Position numbers and translations under genes: made by a program. From an uncultured virus (IMG/VR IMGVR_UViG_3300036715_000919) (taxonomy: Duplodnaviria; Heunggongvirae; Uroviricota; Caudoviricetes), in IMG/VR virus record IMGVR_UViG_3300036715_000919: a DNA stretch of 27,223 nt; one strand, 5' to 3'. The notes beneath the pieces are model-generated. The model saw only the letters and a program-made list of their open reading frames with translations, was not told the origin of the DNA and did not search any database. The first letter of the stretch is position 1. Each line of letters starts with the position of its first letter. Below are positions 26,228-27,223 of the stretch, piece after piece.

Positions 26228-26698
26228 TTAGACTGTTGGCGGAGTTGGGTCTGTTACTACTGGAGTTGGGTCAACTACCGGAGCTGGTGTTGGAGCCGAA
26301 ACAGTACTGGCTACATCAGTTGTAATAGTATCCAGGCCCTGGCTTACTACACCAAGAGATTCTCTTAGTGTTTGTACTCCTGCTGGTGATATACCACTGG
26401 CTAACTGTCCCTGCAAATCAAGGATGGTTGCTTTCAGTGTTTCGTTTGCTGCTTGTGCAGTAGCAATGGTTACATCTTTTGCAGCCATAGTGTCGGTGAG
26501 AGTTTGCTGTACACTATCAAGTGTAGTTTGTAATGTCGCTTCTTTAGCTTTCAAGGCTTCTACCTCAGCTAAAATTTCTTGTTCTGCATCCATGATTTTG
26601 TCGAGTTTTGAGTTAATAGATTGTAATAGAGTTACCAACTGTGCACCGGGTTCATCTCCAATGAATCTGTGCTCATGTTTGAATAGACCGAGTACCAT
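26228..26698 (-). CDS. Coiled-coil protein with Pro/Thr/Val-rich C-terminal tail
   Basis: Heptad-like pattern over ~100 aa; C-terminus PTPAPVVDPTPVVTDPTPPTV; TAA stop followed by a terminator. Confidence 0.7.
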   Translation of the reverse strand: MVLGLFKHEHRFIGDEPGAQLVTLLQSINSKLDKIMDAEQEILAEVEALKAKEATLQTTLDSVQQTLTDTMAAKDVTIATAQAANETLKATILDLQGQLASGISPAGVQTLRESLGVVSQGLDTITTDVASTVSAPTPAPVVDPTPVVTDPTPPTV

Positions 26699-26725
26699 AA
26701 TGTGTGTTTGAATTGAGTGTGAAAG

Positions 26726-27045
26726 TAGAGAGATAATTGAGCCATGTAGCCCACTCTCTATACAGCAGATGTCCCCTCAATGACAATTTACTGCATTCTT
26801 TCCATACGTCTGCTGGATACCAAGTGCCGAGGATTGGGTCATACACAGATCCTCCAGAGTAAACTATTCAGTGCCAGTTTCCTGGATACTCTTGCTGGAC
26901 GAGAGATGCGGAGGCACACTTTATGCTTAACAGGAGTCTTTGAATACCTTACAATCAAATATGCAAGTAGCGTGTTCCCTTCTTGTGTCCTATCAGTTCA
27001 ATGCCCCTATCTAAGGTAATACTTAGGAGAATAGCCTGGCAACAG
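26726..27045 (-). ncRNA. Candidate structured RNA (ncRNA or long 5' leader)
   Basis: At least six hand-predicted hairpins, several with G-U pairs and one GAAA tetraloop that work on the minus strand; no credible ORF. No known family recognised. Confidence 0.4.
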
Positions 27046-27061
27046 AGAGAGATGAATTGAG
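26727..27061. repeat. Imperfect direct repeat pair flanking the structured region
   Basis: AGAGAGATAATTGAG (26727-26741) and AGAGAGATGAATTGAG (27046-27061). Confidence 0.55.
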
Positions 27062-27223
27062 TGGTTGTTGTATTATAGGAATAGATTGAGTGCAAGGTAA
27101 AAAATTTCTAAAATTTTGAAAATATATTTTGAAGAAGTGTGTGTTGTTAACTGGTGGGACCACCTCCGTGAAGAGCCCCCTACTAAGTTTTGCGGGTGAA
27201 GGTGTCCGTCATCAGCAATTCAG

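Noticed and set aside
78..26711. Numerous short plus-strand and nested minus-strand ORFs in the ORF track
   Set aside because: Antisense or alternate-frame shadows of long, motif-bearing genes, with no independent coding signal.
26780..27019. 79-aa plus-strand ORF
   Set aside because: Opposite to all real genes, Cys/Leu/Ser-rich without recognisable motifs, and overlapping the predicted RNA structure.
27185..27216. CUGAUGA on the minus strand suggesting a hammerhead ribozyme
   Set aside because: The following stem is trailed by CAAAAC rather than the required GAAA core.
24758..27223. Cas4-like nuclease near repeats as a mini CRISPR system
   Set aside because: No regularly spaced repeat-spacer array, and the nuclease lacks the Cas4 Fe-S cysteine pattern. 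It is a usual gene of the crAss-like terminase neighbourhood.

Overview
This window is the late (virion morphogenesis) module of a crAss-like bacteriophage (Crassvirales or a close relative), probably infecting a Bacteroidota host. All credible genes are on the minus strand and read intact in the standard genetic code. In transcription order (right to left) it contains: a ~525-nt non-coding region rich in predicted RNA hairpins; a coiled-coil protein; an Acb2/Tad1-like anti-defence 'sponge' candidate; an unannotated YegP/DUF1508-like mini-protein; a PD-(D/E)XK nuclease; an HU/IHF-like protein; a conserved terminase-upstream protein; two small ORFs; large terminase; portal; scaffold; major capsid protein; ring/adaptor and auxiliary capsid proteins; a second IHF-like protein; the tail muzzle (stabilisation) protein; and ejected cargo proteins, ending in the N-terminus of a probable giant cargo protein that runs off the left edge. 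Three things stand out. (1) The muzzle gene appears split in two, and the N-terminal half carries ~700 aa of adhesin-like domains (three cadherin-like repeats, Cys-rich repeats, a jelly-roll-like domain, a DUF5977-like domain). (2) A candidate cyclic-nucleotide sponge sits at the head of the late operon. (3) A ~320-nt candidate structured RNA is bracketed by imperfect direct repeats. Family assignments come from motif recognition and recalled synteny, not from database searches.
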